In this document: piece after piece, positions 1 through 12,500 of the stretch
Layout of the letters: each line of letters starts with the position of its first letter
Numbering within the stretch: the stretch's first letter is position 1
Assembly (NCBI GenBank): GCA_963726455.1
Contig: CAVSCK010000003.1
Location: forward strand, 384,001-448,000
Source: an uncultured bacterium
GTDB taxonomy: Bacteria; Zixibacteria; MSB-5A5; CAIYYT01
Direction of reading: 5' to 3'
DNA: 64,000 nt
Notes under the pieces: generated by a model
Database searches by the model: none
What the model was told of the DNA's origin: nothing
The model's input: only the letters and a program-made list of their open reading frames with translations
Translations under genes and position numbers: made by a program

Positions 1-549
1 CCAGTTGATGTTGCTGGTCAGGTAGCTGATTTCGGCGTCGCGCTTGCCGGCGACATCGCTGGAAATCAGCCATTGAAGCGTCGGGACAACAATCAGCCCT
101 TCCGGGAGTTTTGGCGCCGTGACCGACAGAAGTTCTTTGTCATTGATCAGGCGGACCGCGCCATCCGGAAGTTGGAGAACGATGTAGTCGCCCGACGATG
201 AGAGATACTTCCCTTTCAGGACGTCGCCGTTCTTCATGATGATGTCGATATCGTTGCCGAGATATTTTTGCAGAACTTTGTCGGATGAGACCAGATCGTA
301 CTGATAATTCTGCTCCAGAAGCTGAATCTTGTCGCCGCTGTTGCGCAGTTTGAAATGCACTGATGTGGGGTCGATGTATGCCGCGACATCGGTCAGACTG
401 AGACTGTTGACGCCCTTCTGGAAATCGAGCGTTCGGCCTTCCTTGACCAGCGCGAGGTTCTGGTTGTAGACGGTGATAGCCACATCGTCGGCCAGAGCGG
501 TACCGGCCAGACCGGCGATGAGTAAAGCGGTAATGATCGGGGTTTTCAT
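1..549 (-). CDS. DUF4139-type secreted protein, runs off the window start
   Basis: Hand translation from ATG at 549 with GGAGG RBS: MKTPIITALLIAGLAGTALADDVAITVYNQNLALVKEGR...LLEQNYQYDLVSSDKVLQKYLG...SYLTSNINW. Signal peptide plus TVYN and EQNY.YDL motifs. Absent from the ORF track because no stop lies in the window. Confidence 0.8.
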   Translation of the reverse strand, partial: MKTPIITALLIAGLAGTALADDVAITVYNQNLALVKEGRTLDFQKGVNSLSLTDVAAYIDPTSVHFKLRNSGDKIQLLEQNYQYDLVSSDKVLQKYLGNDIDIIMKNGDVLKGKYLSSSGDYIVLQLPDGAVRLINDKELLSVTAPKLPEGLIVVPTLQWLISSDVAGKRDAEISYLTSNINW

Positions 550-680
550 CTTGTTCCTCCTTCGTGACGGGCGTGGAGACCACACCCCTGCGCGGCATGC
601 GTGTATGCCGAGTAATCTATAAGGAATACAAATGGAGAGGGCAAGGTATTCCAGAGGGGAAAACGGGTGGCGAAAGAGGC

Positions 681-1856
681 CTAAAGCTTCTCGGCGCCGG
701 CGACTTCGGGGACGTGTTTGCGCCGGGATTTGGGCGGTTTGACGAACAACGAGAAGATGGCGTCGGCCAGGACGATCACCGCGCCCATCAGGAAGGTGTT
801 GCGGAATCCCAATGTGTCCCACATGACGCCACCGGCGATGGGAATGACGACGGCCGCGATATGGTTCATGGTCAGGCCGATGGAAAGCGCGCTGGTCAGG
901 TCCTGTTTGGGCGCGATCTTACGGATGAACGAGTTGAGCGCGACGGAGGAACCGAACAGGACGCTGTCGAGAATGAAGAAGCCGAGCAGCACATATAATG
1001 AGACGACGTAGGCGTATCCGGCGAAGATGAAGATCAGAACGAATGAGGTGAAGGCCAGCATGAAGCGTTCGCCGAGCTGTTCGGTCAGGTTGCCGAGTTT
1101 CTTGTTCGTCCAGATCGTGATGGCGGAGGTTGCCAGGAACAGCAGAGCGGTGTATTCGATCTTGAGTTTGTAGTTGGCTACCAACAGGAAAATCGCAAAC
1201 GTCGAGAACATGTGACGGCGGCAGCCGCGCAGGAAGGAAATCACGTAGTACAGCCAGTATTCTTTCTTCATCGTAAAGCTGCCGGTGTCGGTAATCTTGC
1301 GGTTGTCCTTGAACACGAATGACAGCGCGATTCCCGCCACGACAAAGCCAACGCCGGCGGACACGAGAATCAGGCGATAGCCGAGCACGAAGCTGAACAG
1401 AAAGACAATCATCGTTCCGGCAACACCGGCGACGGCCTCCCAACTGGCCATGACTCCCTGCAGGCGTCCCGATTCGTGGCCGCGAATGTAGTTCAACAAG
1501 AGCGACTGGTTGGCGCTGACGAAATAGTGAAAGCCGGTGGACATGATGAAGGTGCCAACGCCGAGCATCCAGATGTTGGTGGCGGTGCCGGCGATGATCA
1601 GTCCGAGTCCGTTGATGGCAATGCAGATCGTGGAGATGCGCACTTCGGAGGCAAACAGCGCCAGCAGTCCGACGCCGAAGCCGAGCAGGCCGGGGACTTC
1701 CCTCACCGCCTGAATAATGCCGATTTGGGACGCCGTGGCGCCGAAAGTCTCGCGGCTGAAATTATTGAAGAGCACCTGCCAGATGGCGAACGCGAAAAAT
1801 GTCAGGAAGTCGATGGCGACAATGCCACGGAAACCGACGCGGCGGGTTTGTAGCAT
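681..1856 (-). CDS. MFS transporter
   Basis: 391 aa, about 12 hydrophobic segments, REVPGLL motif. Confidence 0.85.
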   Translation of the reverse strand: MLQTRRVGFRGIVAIDFLTFFAFAIWQVLFNNFSRETFGATASQIGIIQAVREVPGLLGFGVGLLALFASEVRISTICIAINGLGLIIAGTATNIWMLGVGTFIMSTGFHYFVSANQSLLLNYIRGHESGRLQGVMASWEAVAGVAGTMIVFLFSFVLGYRLILVSAGVGFVVAGIALSFVFKDNRKITDTGSFTMKKEYWLYYVISFLRGCRRHMFSTFAIFLLVANYKLKIEYTALLFLATSAITIWTNKKLGNLTEQLGERFMLAFTSFVLIFIFAGYAYVVSLYVLLGFFILDSVLFGSSVALNSFIRKIAPKQDLTSALSIGLTMNHIAAVVIPIAGGVMWDTLGFRNTFLMGAVIVLADAIFSLFVKPPKSRRKHVPEVAGAEKL

Positions 1857-1920
1857 TGGATCATGTAATGGATTATTGGCGGGGGAGCAACTGGTTTTTG
1901 GCGTGTCCTTCCGCGCGGCG

Positions 1921-1950
1921 TGTCATTCCCGCGCAGGCGGGAATCCAGGC
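1921..1950. repeat. Palindromic intergenic repeat (ATTCCC-N8-GGGAAT core), copy 1
   Basis: TGTCATTCCCGCGCAGGCGGGAATCCAGGC; 29/30 identical to 61917-61946. Confidence 0.8.
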
Positions 1951-2070
1951 CTGACCTGTGAGCGGCGTACGTCCTCGTGCGCCGCAGACGCCCACAATGG
2001 GCTAGACTACAGGGCTAGTCGGCGAGTCAAGCGTTGTGGCAAAAGAGTTTCTATCTAGCTGACTTATAAA

Positions 2071-2182
2071 TGTCGGGTTTCTCGCCGTGTGGATGTGATT
2101 AATGGTACTGAAAGGACTGACGTCATTCATCAGCAATGGGAATTGCCATGATAGTGAACGGCTCGGAACCCGACCTACGGAA
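2071..2182 (-). repeat. GTAG-type REP-like element
   Basis: 2165-2182 is the exact reverse complement of 62084-62101 (TTCCGTAGGTCGGGTTCC). GTCGGGTT at 2072 can pair with AACCCGAC at 2167. Confidence 0.6.
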
Positions 2183-2309
2183 CTGACAGATTCTGACAGT
2201 GGCACCCTCCTGTATTGTGCGTTTCGGAAAGAAAAAAGAAGCAAAACCACATTTTTCATTTGACATTTTGGCGCTTCCAACGTTTCTATTAGTGTTCAAG
2301 ATCAGTAGC

Positions 2310-3322
2310 ATGTCACAGGAGATATTTTCGGTGGGCAAGATTAGTTCACGTATTGGTCTTCGAAGATTGTGTTTGACCGTAACAGTGCTTCTCTGCTGTT
2401 TACAAACGGCGTCCTGCCAAGACTCCAAGCGTGTCATCAACCCGGAACCCAATTGGCGCGTTACCTACCGTGACATCCTACCCGTCTGGTCACCTGACGG
2501 ATCCAAGATACTGTACTATCACGATGACCCGGATTCCCAAGTTGCCGCTTGGTGTTTGTACGACGTGGCCACTGGCAAGAGTGAAATGCTCGACTATCCC
2601 ATGCTGATCAGGGAGCCAAGTTGGTCGCCCGACGGTCGGTGGCTCGCCTTCGGGTGGAACCGGCAAATCTTTGCCATGAAGTTGAACGGAGATAGTCTCA
2701 GGCAACTGACATTCAACGAGAATGGCAATTTCTTCGCCAGTTGGTCGCCTTGCGGATCACTGATCGCTTACAGCCAGTCGGGAGGGGTTGATCGGGGCCT
2801 ATGGCTGGTCGATTTTGCCACTGGCAGGCGTAAACTTATCAGTCTGTTTGGGGACGGACTGGCAGTTGGAACTCAAGATGTGACTCGTTGTGCTTTGTGA
2901 GTCATAAGTTCCCGTCCGGCGGAGGCGGACAAGTCGCCATAACGATACAGTCGGCTCACCCGATAGTTCTGTTTCCCGAGGAATTACAGATTACTAGCAA
3001 CACTTGCTTCAAGCGAAGCGTAACGATGTCTCCTGCTGGTGACAAGATAGTAATCGTTCAGCAATGCGGTGACGAACCGTCGAACCTTTGGATAATCAAT
3101 CCAGACGGAAGCGGACTCACTCGCCTGACCACGAAAGGAGGTGAATATCCCGATTTCTCGCCGGATGGCCAGTGGATCGTCTATTCGAATACGGCCGAAG
3201 GGGATGGCTGGCTTTGGCTCATGCGGCCCGACGGTAGTGACCGGCGGCAACTGACATTCCCTAGTACGACAAGTCACTTTGTACCCCACCCAAAGCTTTG
3301 CGTCGGGTGGGTTTTTCTTTGA
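2310..3322 (+). CDS. TolB-like PD40/WD40 beta-propeller protein, probable lipoprotein, frameshifted near 2855
   Basis: Repeated PxWSPDG/FSPDG motifs across ORFs 2199-2900 and 2888-3322; hydrophobic leader ending TASC. Start and stop are approximate; the true stop may be TAG near 3262. Confidence 0.75.
3285..3320 (+). terminator. Intrinsic terminator
   Basis: CCCACCC...GGGTGGG stem followed by TTTTTCTTT. Confidence 0.6.
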
Positions 3323-3637
3323 ACCGATCCTCCTGTAACTATCACCCACACCATCATCGGCTGTAACTACACCGAATGATTTCTGAAAAATATTTTCACT
3401 TTAATTTCCACAACAAACGACTGCTATTTTCCACCTTCTGCGTCGTTCTGTAATTCCATCTTTCCTCTCCCCCAACCACTTACCCGACGTCGTCGCCTGC
3501 CCGTCACTCTTCCTCGCTGCCGCGTCTGCGACGTCGTTATTCCCTCGAAAGGAAATATTGAAAAGGCTCGCTCAAATCATCGCGAAGTATGTGCGTGGTA
3601 GTCCGCGTCCATCGCAGCCATCCGCTCGAACGTTGAA

Positions 3638-3663
3638 TGAAACAAAAACGTTTTGAGAACGTC
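3638..3663 (+). promoter_or_regulatory. ECF sigma factor-type promoter
   Basis: TGAAAC-N16-CGTC, about 70 nt upstream of ATG 3734. Confidence 0.55.
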
Positions 3664-3733
3664 CTCATATATAAACATCTGATCGCGCGCCATCCGGCTG
3701 CGTCAATTCACGATCGTTAAAGGAGGATCCCGC

Positions 3734-5220
3734 ATGAAAAGAGCTATTGGACTTTTTGTGATGCTGGCACTGTTGTCGGTTTCGGCGGTGTCGCAGGCGG
3801 AAAACACCCGCGCTGCCGATTCGGTGGCTATCCGACAAGCGCTGCTCGATTTCGCGGAGGGCTATTTTTCGGGGGATGTCGCGCGCGTGGAGCGGGCAAT
3901 TCATCAGGATATCAACCGTTGCACACCGCGCGATCTGCCGCAGACCGGACGTACCGCCACGAATTACAGCACCTACTCGGCACTGATCGAGAATACGCGC
4001 GCCAAAGCCGCCGCCCTGGATGACACCGCCAGACATATCCAGGTGCAGATACTGGACATCGACAGCAACGTCGCGAATGCGAAATTGCTGTCGGCAGCCT
4101 TCGCGGACTACCTGCAACTGGTCAAACTGGACGGTCAGTGGAAAATCATCAACGGCCTCTCGGCTCCCGGGACCAGCCAGCCGCCCCGCATGAAAGACTT
4201 CAAACCGGAGGATGAACGCGCGGCGATTGAGCGCACGGCACTGGACTATCTCAACGGCCTCTACGCGACCGACGCCATGCGCCTCGACCTGACCATCGAT
4301 CCCGAATTCAGCAGGATCGCTTTGGCAACGCTGCCACAGACCGGCAAAACGGGCATCAGACGGCAACGCTCCGAGACGATGATCGAAAATGCGCTGGCTC
4401 ACGTGGGTAAGCAGGACGAGGAATACCGCAAGTTCAGCGGCGCGCATCCTGGACATCGGCGATGGCCTCGCTGTCGTCCGGGCGGATGCCCTGACCAGCA
4501 TCGACTACCTGCAACTGTACCAGGCCGGCGGCCAGTGGCGAATTCTCAACAGCATCGTCAAGCCCAGAACTGATCTGACCCTTGCCGGGGCGATGACGGT
4601 GACCGCCGGTGATCCGATGCCTGATTTTACGCTGCCGATCTATGGCGGCGGAGAGTTTACGCTGTCGAAGTATCTCGGCAAAAATGTCCTGCTCATGTTT
4701 CCGCGTGGCTGGGTAGGTACTGCCTGGTGTTCGTACTGTCCCTACCAGTATCTGGAGCTGGAACGACGGATCAAGGAATCTGACCTGAAGTCCAAATACA
4801 ATCTCGAGGTCGCGTTTGTTATGCCCTATGGCGATGACAGAGTGAAGAACTGGCTGGAAACCATGCCGCAGGCGATGAACCAGGTCGAGACAATCAAGAA
4901 TCCGCAGCCGCAACCACCTGCCGGATCAGTGCAGGCCGAGTATGCCGCCTGGGCGCGCAAGACGTGTCCGATCAAGTTTGATGTCAAAAAGGATGATCCA
5001 CATACGACGATCCCGGTTCTCACGGATCAGGACCGAACGTTGTCGCGCCAGATCAAGATCTTCACGAGTTTCTGGGACGGCGCCTCTTCCGAGCAGAATC
5101 GTGCAACGGTTTTGGTCATTGACAAGAATGGTGTACTGCAACTCAAGTACGTGGGACAAATGACTGAGGATCGCCCGAGTCTCGGACTATATCCTGAATT
5201 TCATTGAGCGGATGGAGTAG
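3734..5220 (+). CDS. Exported protein: two lumazine-binding/NTF2-like domains fused to an AhpC/TSA-like redoxin domain (frameshifts near 4440 and 5185)
   Basis: Signal peptide; two repeats (AIRQALLDFAEGYFSGD.../AIERTALDYLNGLYATD...; DYLQL...GQW.I.N); then GDPMPDFTLP...FPRGW...WCSYCPYQ. AGGAGG RBS. Confidence 0.7.
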
Positions 5221-5278
5221 TCGTGTAGGTGGGGTTCCGTCGGTCACAACCGCTTCGGTCTTGACTTTGTGTTGTTGT

Positions 5279-5409
5279 GTCAGGTCCTGCGCACGACGAA
5301 GTCGGGCGTGTGACCTGACACGAGTGAAGTAAGTCAGGCCGTCAGGTCACACGCCGCGAAAACACGCGCTGGCAGAGGAAACTGGAAACGGCGCGGCGCA
5401 GGACCTGAC
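5279..5409. repeat. Nested palindromic (REP-like) element between convergent genes
   Basis: Outer arms GTCAGGTCCTGCGC (5279-5292) and GCGCAGGACCTGAC (5396-5409); inner arms GGCGTGTGACCTGAC (5305-5319) and GTCAGGTCACACGCC (5341-5355). Confidence 0.75.
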
Positions 5410-5598
5410 GGAACGAAAAAGGTCGGGTTTGTCACATGTGATTGACCTCGCAGCCAATTTGCTCTCACGCCGTTTTTTGTTTCTTAGCCATGCAAGTCAA
5501 ATCCGCTTCATTTTTCGCGCGTGAGGCGCACTGCCGTGCGTCGCTACGTTGGATTGATGGCTTGTGTGGCGAACCCACCCTTGAGGGTGAGGGACCGG

Positions 5599-8282
5599 TT
5601 ACCATCCCATGAGTTGTTCGAGGTTGGTGTTGATCTTCTCGACCATTTCCTCGTATTCGTGCTTTTTGGCTTCCTGTTGATCGACGACTTCGCGCGGGAG
5701 CATTATTGATGAACTCGTGATTGGCGAGTTTCTTGCGCGTCTTCTCCAAGCAGTCCGGTGATGTTTTCCAGTTCCTTGTTGAGACGCTGGCGCTCGAGAT
5801 CGACGTCAATCAGGCCGGCGAGCGGAATGTAGATTTCGACTCAGGGGATAACGCCCGATGCCGACAGCGGCGGCTTTTGGAGGTCTTCACCGAGGGACAA
5901 GTTTCTCGATCTTGCCGAGATTGATCAGATAGCCCTGATTGTTCTGCAGCGTTTCGAGCAATTTGGCGTCGCTGATCTTGAGATGCACCTCGGCGCGTTT
6001 GCCCGGCGGCACATTCATTTCATGGCGGATATTGCGGATGGCGTAGACGACACGCTGCAACTTGTCCATCATCTCTTCGAGTTCGATATCAATCAGCTTG
6101 TCATTGTAGTCCGGGAATTTCTCGTGCATGATCGTGCGATCGCCCGGCTCCAGATGATGCAGCAGATGCCAGATTTCCTCGGTGATAAACGGCGCGAAGG
6201 GATGGAGCAGTAACAGGATGTTATTCAGAACATATCCGGTGACGTTCTTGGCGAGCGTCTTGTCGGCCGGGTCGCCCTCGTTGTAGAGGCGCGTTTTGAC
6301 CAGCTCGATGTACCAGTCGCAGTAGTCGTGCCAGGTGAAATCATAAAGCAGTCTTGGCGGCCGTGGTGAACCGGAAGCCGTGAAGCTGCTCGCTGTATTT
6401 CTTGATAGTTTCGTTCAAGACGCGACAGAATCCAGCGATCCATCAGCGGCAATTCGCCCTTGTAGTCGATCGACGGCCAGGTTTTGCTCGCTGATGTCAT
6501 CGCCGAGGTTCATCAGGATGAAGCGCGACGCATTCCAGAGTTTGTTGCAGAAATTGCGCCCGAGCTCGAAGGTGTTCATCGCGATGTTGGGGTCCTGTCC
6601 TTCGGGGGTTGACAGAATCAGCGACAGGCGCAGCTGAATCGGCGCCGTGTTTGCCGATGACTTCCAGCGGATCGATGCCGTTGCCGAGCGACTTGGACAT
6701 TTTGCGTCCCTGCGAATCACGGACGGTGCCGTGAATGTAGACATCATCGAAAACCAGTTTGCCAGTGAATTCGTAGCCGGCCATGACCATGCGCGCGACC
6801 CAGAGGAAGATGATTTCGCTGGCGGTGAAAAGCGAACGCGTCGGATAGAAGCGCTTGAGGTCGTCAGTTTGCTGCGGCCAGCCGAAAGTTGAGAAGGGCC
6901 AGAGCCACGACGAAAACCAGGTATCGAGAACGTCTTCTTCCTGACGGATCTCGGTGGCGCCACATTTGGTGCAAACCTTGGGCGCATCTTTGGCGACCAT
7001 CTCGTGGTTGCATTCCTGGCAATAGTAGACCGGAATACGATGTCCCCACCAGAGCTGGCGGGAGATACACCAGTCGCGGATGTTTTCCATCCAATAGAGA
7101 TAGGTCTTGGACCAGTGCTCGGGATGGAAGCTCAGCTTGCCGCTTTTGACCGCCTCGATCGCCGGCTTGGCCAGCGGTTTCATGCGGACAAACCATTGCT
7201 CTGAGAGATACGGTTCGACGACGGTGTTGCAGCGATAACAGGTGCCGGCAACGAGATCGTAGTCCTCGATCTTTTCCAGCAGATTCTTCTTTTCGAGTTC
7301 TTCCAGTACCGCTTTGCGTCGCGGCATAATCGATCCAGACCCTTGAACTTGCCGGCGTTTTCGTTGAGCGTGCCGTCAGGATTCAGGATGTTGATCTTTT
7401 CCAGATCGTGCCTTTGGCTCAGATCGAAGTCATTCGGATCATGCGCAGGAGTGATTTTGACGACGCCGGTGCCGAACTCGGGATCAACGTAGTCGTCGGC
7501 GACGATGACCAATTCGCGATCCAGAATCGGCAGGATGGCCGTCTTGCCAATATATTTCTGGTAGCGTTCGTCCTTGGGGTTGACCGCCAGAGCCGTGTCG
7601 CCGAGCATGGTTTCGGGACGCGTAGTGGCGCAGGTCAGATAGATGATCCTGACCTTTGAGCTTGTATCTTGATGTACCACAGCTTCGACTTGGAGGACTT
7701 GTATTCGACCTCGTCATCGGACAACGATGTCTGGCAGCGCGGACACCAGTTGACGATGTACTTGCCTTTGTAGATCAGCTTCTTTTCATAGAGATGGATG
7801 AACACTTCTTTGACGGCTTCGGATAGTTGCTCATCAAGAGTAAAGCGTGCACGCTGCCAGTCGCAGGCGCAGCCGATCTTCTGAAGCTGTGACAGGATTC
7901 GGTCTTTCTTGCCATTGACATAATCCCAGACGCGTTTGACGAATTCCTCGCGGCCGACTTCGCGGCGCGAAGTGCCTTCTTTAACCAGTAGCTTCTCGAC
8001 GACGACCTGAGTGGCAATGCCGGCATGGTCGGTTCCGGGTAGCCAGCAGGTTTCGTAGCCGCACATTTTCTGCCAGCGGATCATGATGTCCTGCAGCGTA
8101 TTATTGAGCGCGTGGCCTAGGTGCAGGATGTCGGTGGCGTTAGGCGGCGGTATGACTATCGAGTAAGTCGGCTTGGGAGAGGTTACGTCAGCGTGAAAAT
8201 ACCCTTTGGCAAGCCAGTCTTTGTAGATTCGATCTTCAATACCGGTAGGGTTATATTGTTTGGCAATGTTGTCGGCGTTCAT
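5599..8282 (-). CDS. valS: Valine--tRNA ligase, split by several frameshifts
   Basis: PPPN...[49 protein letters not shown] and KMSKS motifs spread over consecutive partial ORFs; coiled-coil C-terminus ending at TAA 5599-5601. Confidence 0.95.
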
Positions 8283-8310
8283 CTTTTCCTTCTTCACAAA
8301 TGAGCTACAG

Positions 8311-8340
8311 AGTATAGTATTTGGCCCTTTGGACTGTCAA
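8311..8340 (-). promoter_or_regulatory. sigma70-type promoter for valS
   Basis: Minus strand TTGACA-N18-TATACT. Confidence 0.6.
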
Positions 8341-8411
8341 GCCGATATTAATATGGCTTGGAGCGCCTGCGGGCGGCGTCTATATTAGAACGCTATTAGT
8401 GATCGGCAGAT

Positions 8412-9224
8412 ATGGACAAGATTTCAGTGAGCGATAACGACAAGTCCTTCAATAAATTAGTCGACATTCTGAAAGAGCTGCGGGCGCCGGGTGGCTGCAA
8501 CTGGGACCGGGCGCAGACCTCGATGTCGCTGCTCCCCTACCTTATCGAAGAAACCTACGAGGCGGTGGAAGCCGCCGAAAAGGAGGACTTCTCGAAACTG
8601 AAAGAGGAGTTGGGGGATATCCTGCTGCATATCATTTTCCAGGCGGAAATCGCGGAGGAAAAGGGACTGTTCAACATGCAGGACGTGATCACGGAGCTGA
8701 CACAGAAAATGATCGATCGGCATCCCCACGTCTTTGGTGAGCGCAAAGACCTGACCCCGGAACAGGTGCGCCAGAACTGGGAAAACGTGAAGATGCAAAA
8801 GCGCGAGCCGGAAAAGAACGGCAAGACGGTACTGTCGGGCGTGCCCAAGACGATGCCGGCGCTGCTGAAGGCCTACCGGGTTCAGGAGAAAGCGGCGCAG
8901 TTCGGGTTCGATTGGGAGAAGCCGGAGGACGTGTTCGACAAGATTGACGAAGAGTTGGCTGAATTTCGAGAAGCGCTGGCGTCACACGATGCCAGGGCGA
9001 TTCGCGACGAATTGGGCGATCTGTTATTCTCGCTGGTCAACTTGGCGCGACACATTCAGTCGGAACCGGAAGGCTGCCTGAACGGCACGATCGAGAAATT
9101 CACGTCGCGCTTCGACAAAATGGAAAAAGCGTTGCTAGCTGAAGGTCTCACTCTGAAACAGGCGACTCTCGAACAAATGGAACAAAAGTGGCAGCTCGCA
9201 AAGGCCAGCGACCCGCGTTCCTAA
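8412..9224 (+). CDS. mazG: Nucleoside triphosphate pyrophosphohydrolase MazG
   Basis: LRAPGGCNWDRAQT, EETYE, EELGD and tandem MazG domains. Confidence 0.93.
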   Translation: MDKISVSDNDKSFNKLVDILKELRAPGGCNWDRAQTSMSLLPYLIEETYEAVEAAEKEDFSKLKEELGDILLHIIFQAEIAEEKGLFNMQDVITELTQKMIDRHPHVFGERKDLTPEQVRQNWENVKMQKREPEKNGKTVLSGVPKTMPALLKAYRVQEKAAQFGFDWEKPEDVFDKIDEELAEFREALASHDARAIRDELGDLLFSLVNLARHIQSEPEGCLNGTIEKFTSRFDKMEKALLAEGLTLKQATLEQMEQKWQLAKASDPRS

Positions 9225-9315
9225 TTCTACTGCACATTTGCCCCAAAGTCCAAATCACTAATACACCCTGATTGCGAGTTCCCTCTTTATTGCCCCTTTT
9301 CCGCAGGAGAACCGG

Positions 9316-9343
9316 GAAAGTTTTGGGCGAATGTCGCCGATAA
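9316..9343 (+). promoter_or_regulatory. sigma28 (FliA/SigD)-like promoter upstream of the multi-PAS kinase
   Basis: GAAAGTTT...GCCGATAA with GAAA-N16-GCCGATAA spacing. Confidence 0.5.
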
Positions 9344-9584
9344 TCTGAACAGGCCATTGGAGTTTGAACACGAATGGATGGGCCGCCTGGATCTCCGCCT
9401 AAGCGGAAGACGCTGGCGTCGCTCGCGCAGTGTTAATTGGCGTCCATTTACAAGGTTTCGACTCTGATGTTCTGGGGCAGAGTCGCTCGGGATGGTCTGC
9501 GCAGGTGTCCGTGAAGGCGGCGTCCAGAGAAAATCTGTCTCTGACGTACACCGATACCGATAGAGTACGAGGTTAATTCCGCAC

Positions 9585-12500
9585 GTGAAGACTCAGTTCA
9601 AGATAGTAATTCTGGCAGCGTTCGCGTCGGTAGGTCTGTGGGTTTTCGATGCCGGCTTTGACACGCTGATACTTCACCAATCCACCTTCTGGCAGAGCTT
9701 CTTTTCGCAGGTCGTCACGGAGGAATGGGCTGAGCGATTGATCGTTGCAGCCGCATTCGCGGGCTTCGGCATCGTGCTGGCTTCATTGCTTCGCCGGCGC
9801 GAGAAACTGCGACTCGCCTTAGCGGAAAGCCACCGACGCTCGACTCGAATTCTTGCCGAGTCCCCCCTACCGTATCAGTCCCTGGACGAAAACGGCTGTT
9901 TCCTGGCGGTCAATGACGCGTGGCTTAAGACTCTCGGCTACAAAAGAGACGAGGTGATTGGCCGGAATTTTGCGGAATTCCTGACGCCTCCGTATGCGGA
10001 GCTCATCTGCAGCCGCTTCGCACATTTTAAGGAAGTCGGGCAGGTAAGCGGCATCGAATTCGATTTGGTGCGGAAAGACGGAGCGATCGTCACTGCCAGT
10101 TTCAACGGCAAAGTGGCATACGACGACAGCGGTAAGTTCCAGCGGACGCATTGCCTTTTCGCAGATATTACGGAGCGCCGGAAAATGGAAGCCGAATTAC
10201 GCAAGAGCGAAGAGCTCGCGCGTATGGCGCTGAAAAACTCTCCCCTGGTTGTCAGCGGCCAAGATCGGGATTTATGCTATGTCTGGTTTGAGAATTCGCG
10301 CCTTGGCCTCAGTTCTGTGGACACTATCGGCAAGCGAGACGACGATATCTTCCTGCCGGAGCAGGCAGAACGTTCGATGGCGATCAAACAACATGTGATG
10401 GAATCGGGCGAGACTGCCCGAGAGGACGTATGGGTGACCGCGAACGGCATGACCAGATGCTATGACCTGACTGTTGAGCCATTGCGCAACAAGAACGGTG
10501 AGATAGTCGGGGTGACGAGTGCGGGCCTTGATATCACCACAAGCAAACTGGCTGAAGAAGCACTGAAGGCGTCCGAAGAAAAGTACCGATTATTGGTCGA
10601 GAATGCTTACGAGGCCATCTTTGTCGCCCAGGAAGGAAAGATTAAGTACTGCAATCGCCGGACGGCGGAAATACTCGGACGCACAATCGAAGAAGTATTA
10701 GCGGCGGCCCTTGACGAGCTTGCCCATCCTGACGACCGCGAACGAATTCTCGCACGACACCGTATGCGACTGGCAGGCGAGAAACTTCCCAGTGGCTATT
10801 CTTTCCGCGTACTGACCAAGACCGGCGAGATCAAGTGGGTAGAAATCGACGGCGTAAAGATCGACTGGGAGGGCAAACCTGCCTCGATCAATTTTGCGAG
10901 CGACATTACAGAACGCAAAATGGCGGAAATGAATCTGCAACGACAACGAGAATGGCTGGAAATCACGTTGGCCAGTATCGGCGACGCGGTGATTGCGGTC
11001 GACACCAGGGGACGAGTTACCCTTGTGAACCGGGTCGCCGAGGACCTGACCGGCTGGCAGAATATCGATGCGGTCGGGCAATCCATTGACGCTGTCATGC
11101 GTCTGCATGACGAGACGTCGGATGCAGTGATAGACAACCCGGTCCGAAGCGCGATCCACGAACATGTCACGGTGGCCATGACAAATCATGCGATACTGGT
11201 ATCTCGTGACGGCCACCGGATTCCGGTCGATGACAGCGCGGCGCCGATCATCGATAGCACCGGCGCTCTGCAAGGAGCGGTGATTGTTTTCCGCGACATC
11301 AGCGAACGCAAGGAAGCCGAGCGCGCGATACGTGAAAGCGAGCGTCAGCTTTCGACTTTGATGACCAATTTACCGGGCATGGCATATCGCTGCCGCAACG
11401 ACGAAAACTGGACGATGGATTTCGTCAGCGAGGGATGCCGAGAATTGACCGGCTACAATCCGGACGAGTTACGAAACAACGCCAAGGTATCCTATATGGA
11501 GTTGGTCGAAGAGAGTTATCGCGAAAAACTCTGGGACGCCGTTCAGACTGCAGTGGCGAAGCAGGAAGCTTTCGAGATTGTCTATCCGATCGCGAAAGCA
11601 GACGGCGCTGAGAAATGGGTTTGGGAGCGCGGACAAGGCGTCTTCTCCCCGAACGGCAGACTATTATTCCTGGAAGGGTTTATCGCAGATATCACGGAGC
11701 GAGTCCGCGCGGAAGACGAACGTGACCGCTTCTTCAACCTGTCGGCCGATATGCTCTGCATAGCTGATTTCAAGGGCTTTCTCAGACAGGTAAATCCCGC
11801 CTGGCAAAAAACGATGGGTTGGACGCCGGAGGAATTGCTGTCAAAGCCGTTCCAGGAATTCGTTCACCCGGATGACCGAAAGAATACTGAGGGCGCGATG
11901 GAGTGTCTCGTTCGCGGTGAAGAGCTGACCAATTTCGAGAATCGTTATGTCTGCCGGGACGGTTCCTACCGGTGGTTATCATGGAAAGCGTCGCCGCTGG
12001 TGAAAGATGGGTTGGTGTTCGCAGTAGCGCGTGACATAACCGGCCGGCGCGAAGCCGAGGATGCGCTGCTTACGAGCGAACGGCGTTACCGCGTCGTTAC
12101 CGAACAGACGGGACAGATGGTGTACGACTGGGATATGAAGAGCAGCAAAATATTCTGGGCGGGAGCAATCGAGTCGATTACCGGATTCAGCAGCGAAGAA
12201 TACAAGAAAGTGACTATCGAAGTTTGGGAGGAGATGATTCATCCCGAGGATCGCGCGCGAGCTTCTGAACTGCTGACTGCAGCCATGAAATCAAGGCAGC
12301 AATACCTGGCGGAGTATCGACTGCGACGCCGTGACGGTTCATACGTTTGCGTAGAAGATCACGGTGTTTTCGTCACTGATTCGGATAGCACCTCCAGCCG
12401 AATGCTGGGAACGATGAAGGACATAACCGAGCGTATGCGCGCGCGTGAAAAGCTGATTGAACGCGAGCAATTCCTGCAGGGCGTGTTTGACGGCATCCAG

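Noticed and set aside
140-598. 152-aa minus-strand ORF
   Set aside because: Wrong frame; the real DUF4139-type CDS starts at 549 in another frame.
5599-8282. valS as a pseudogene or programmed frameshift
   Set aside because: It is an essential gene with intact motifs, and similar indels are scattered across unrelated genes, so assembly error is more likely.
9345-9584. Riboswitch in the long leader of the PAS kinase
   Set aside because: No recognisable riboswitch consensus by eye; an Rfam search would be needed.
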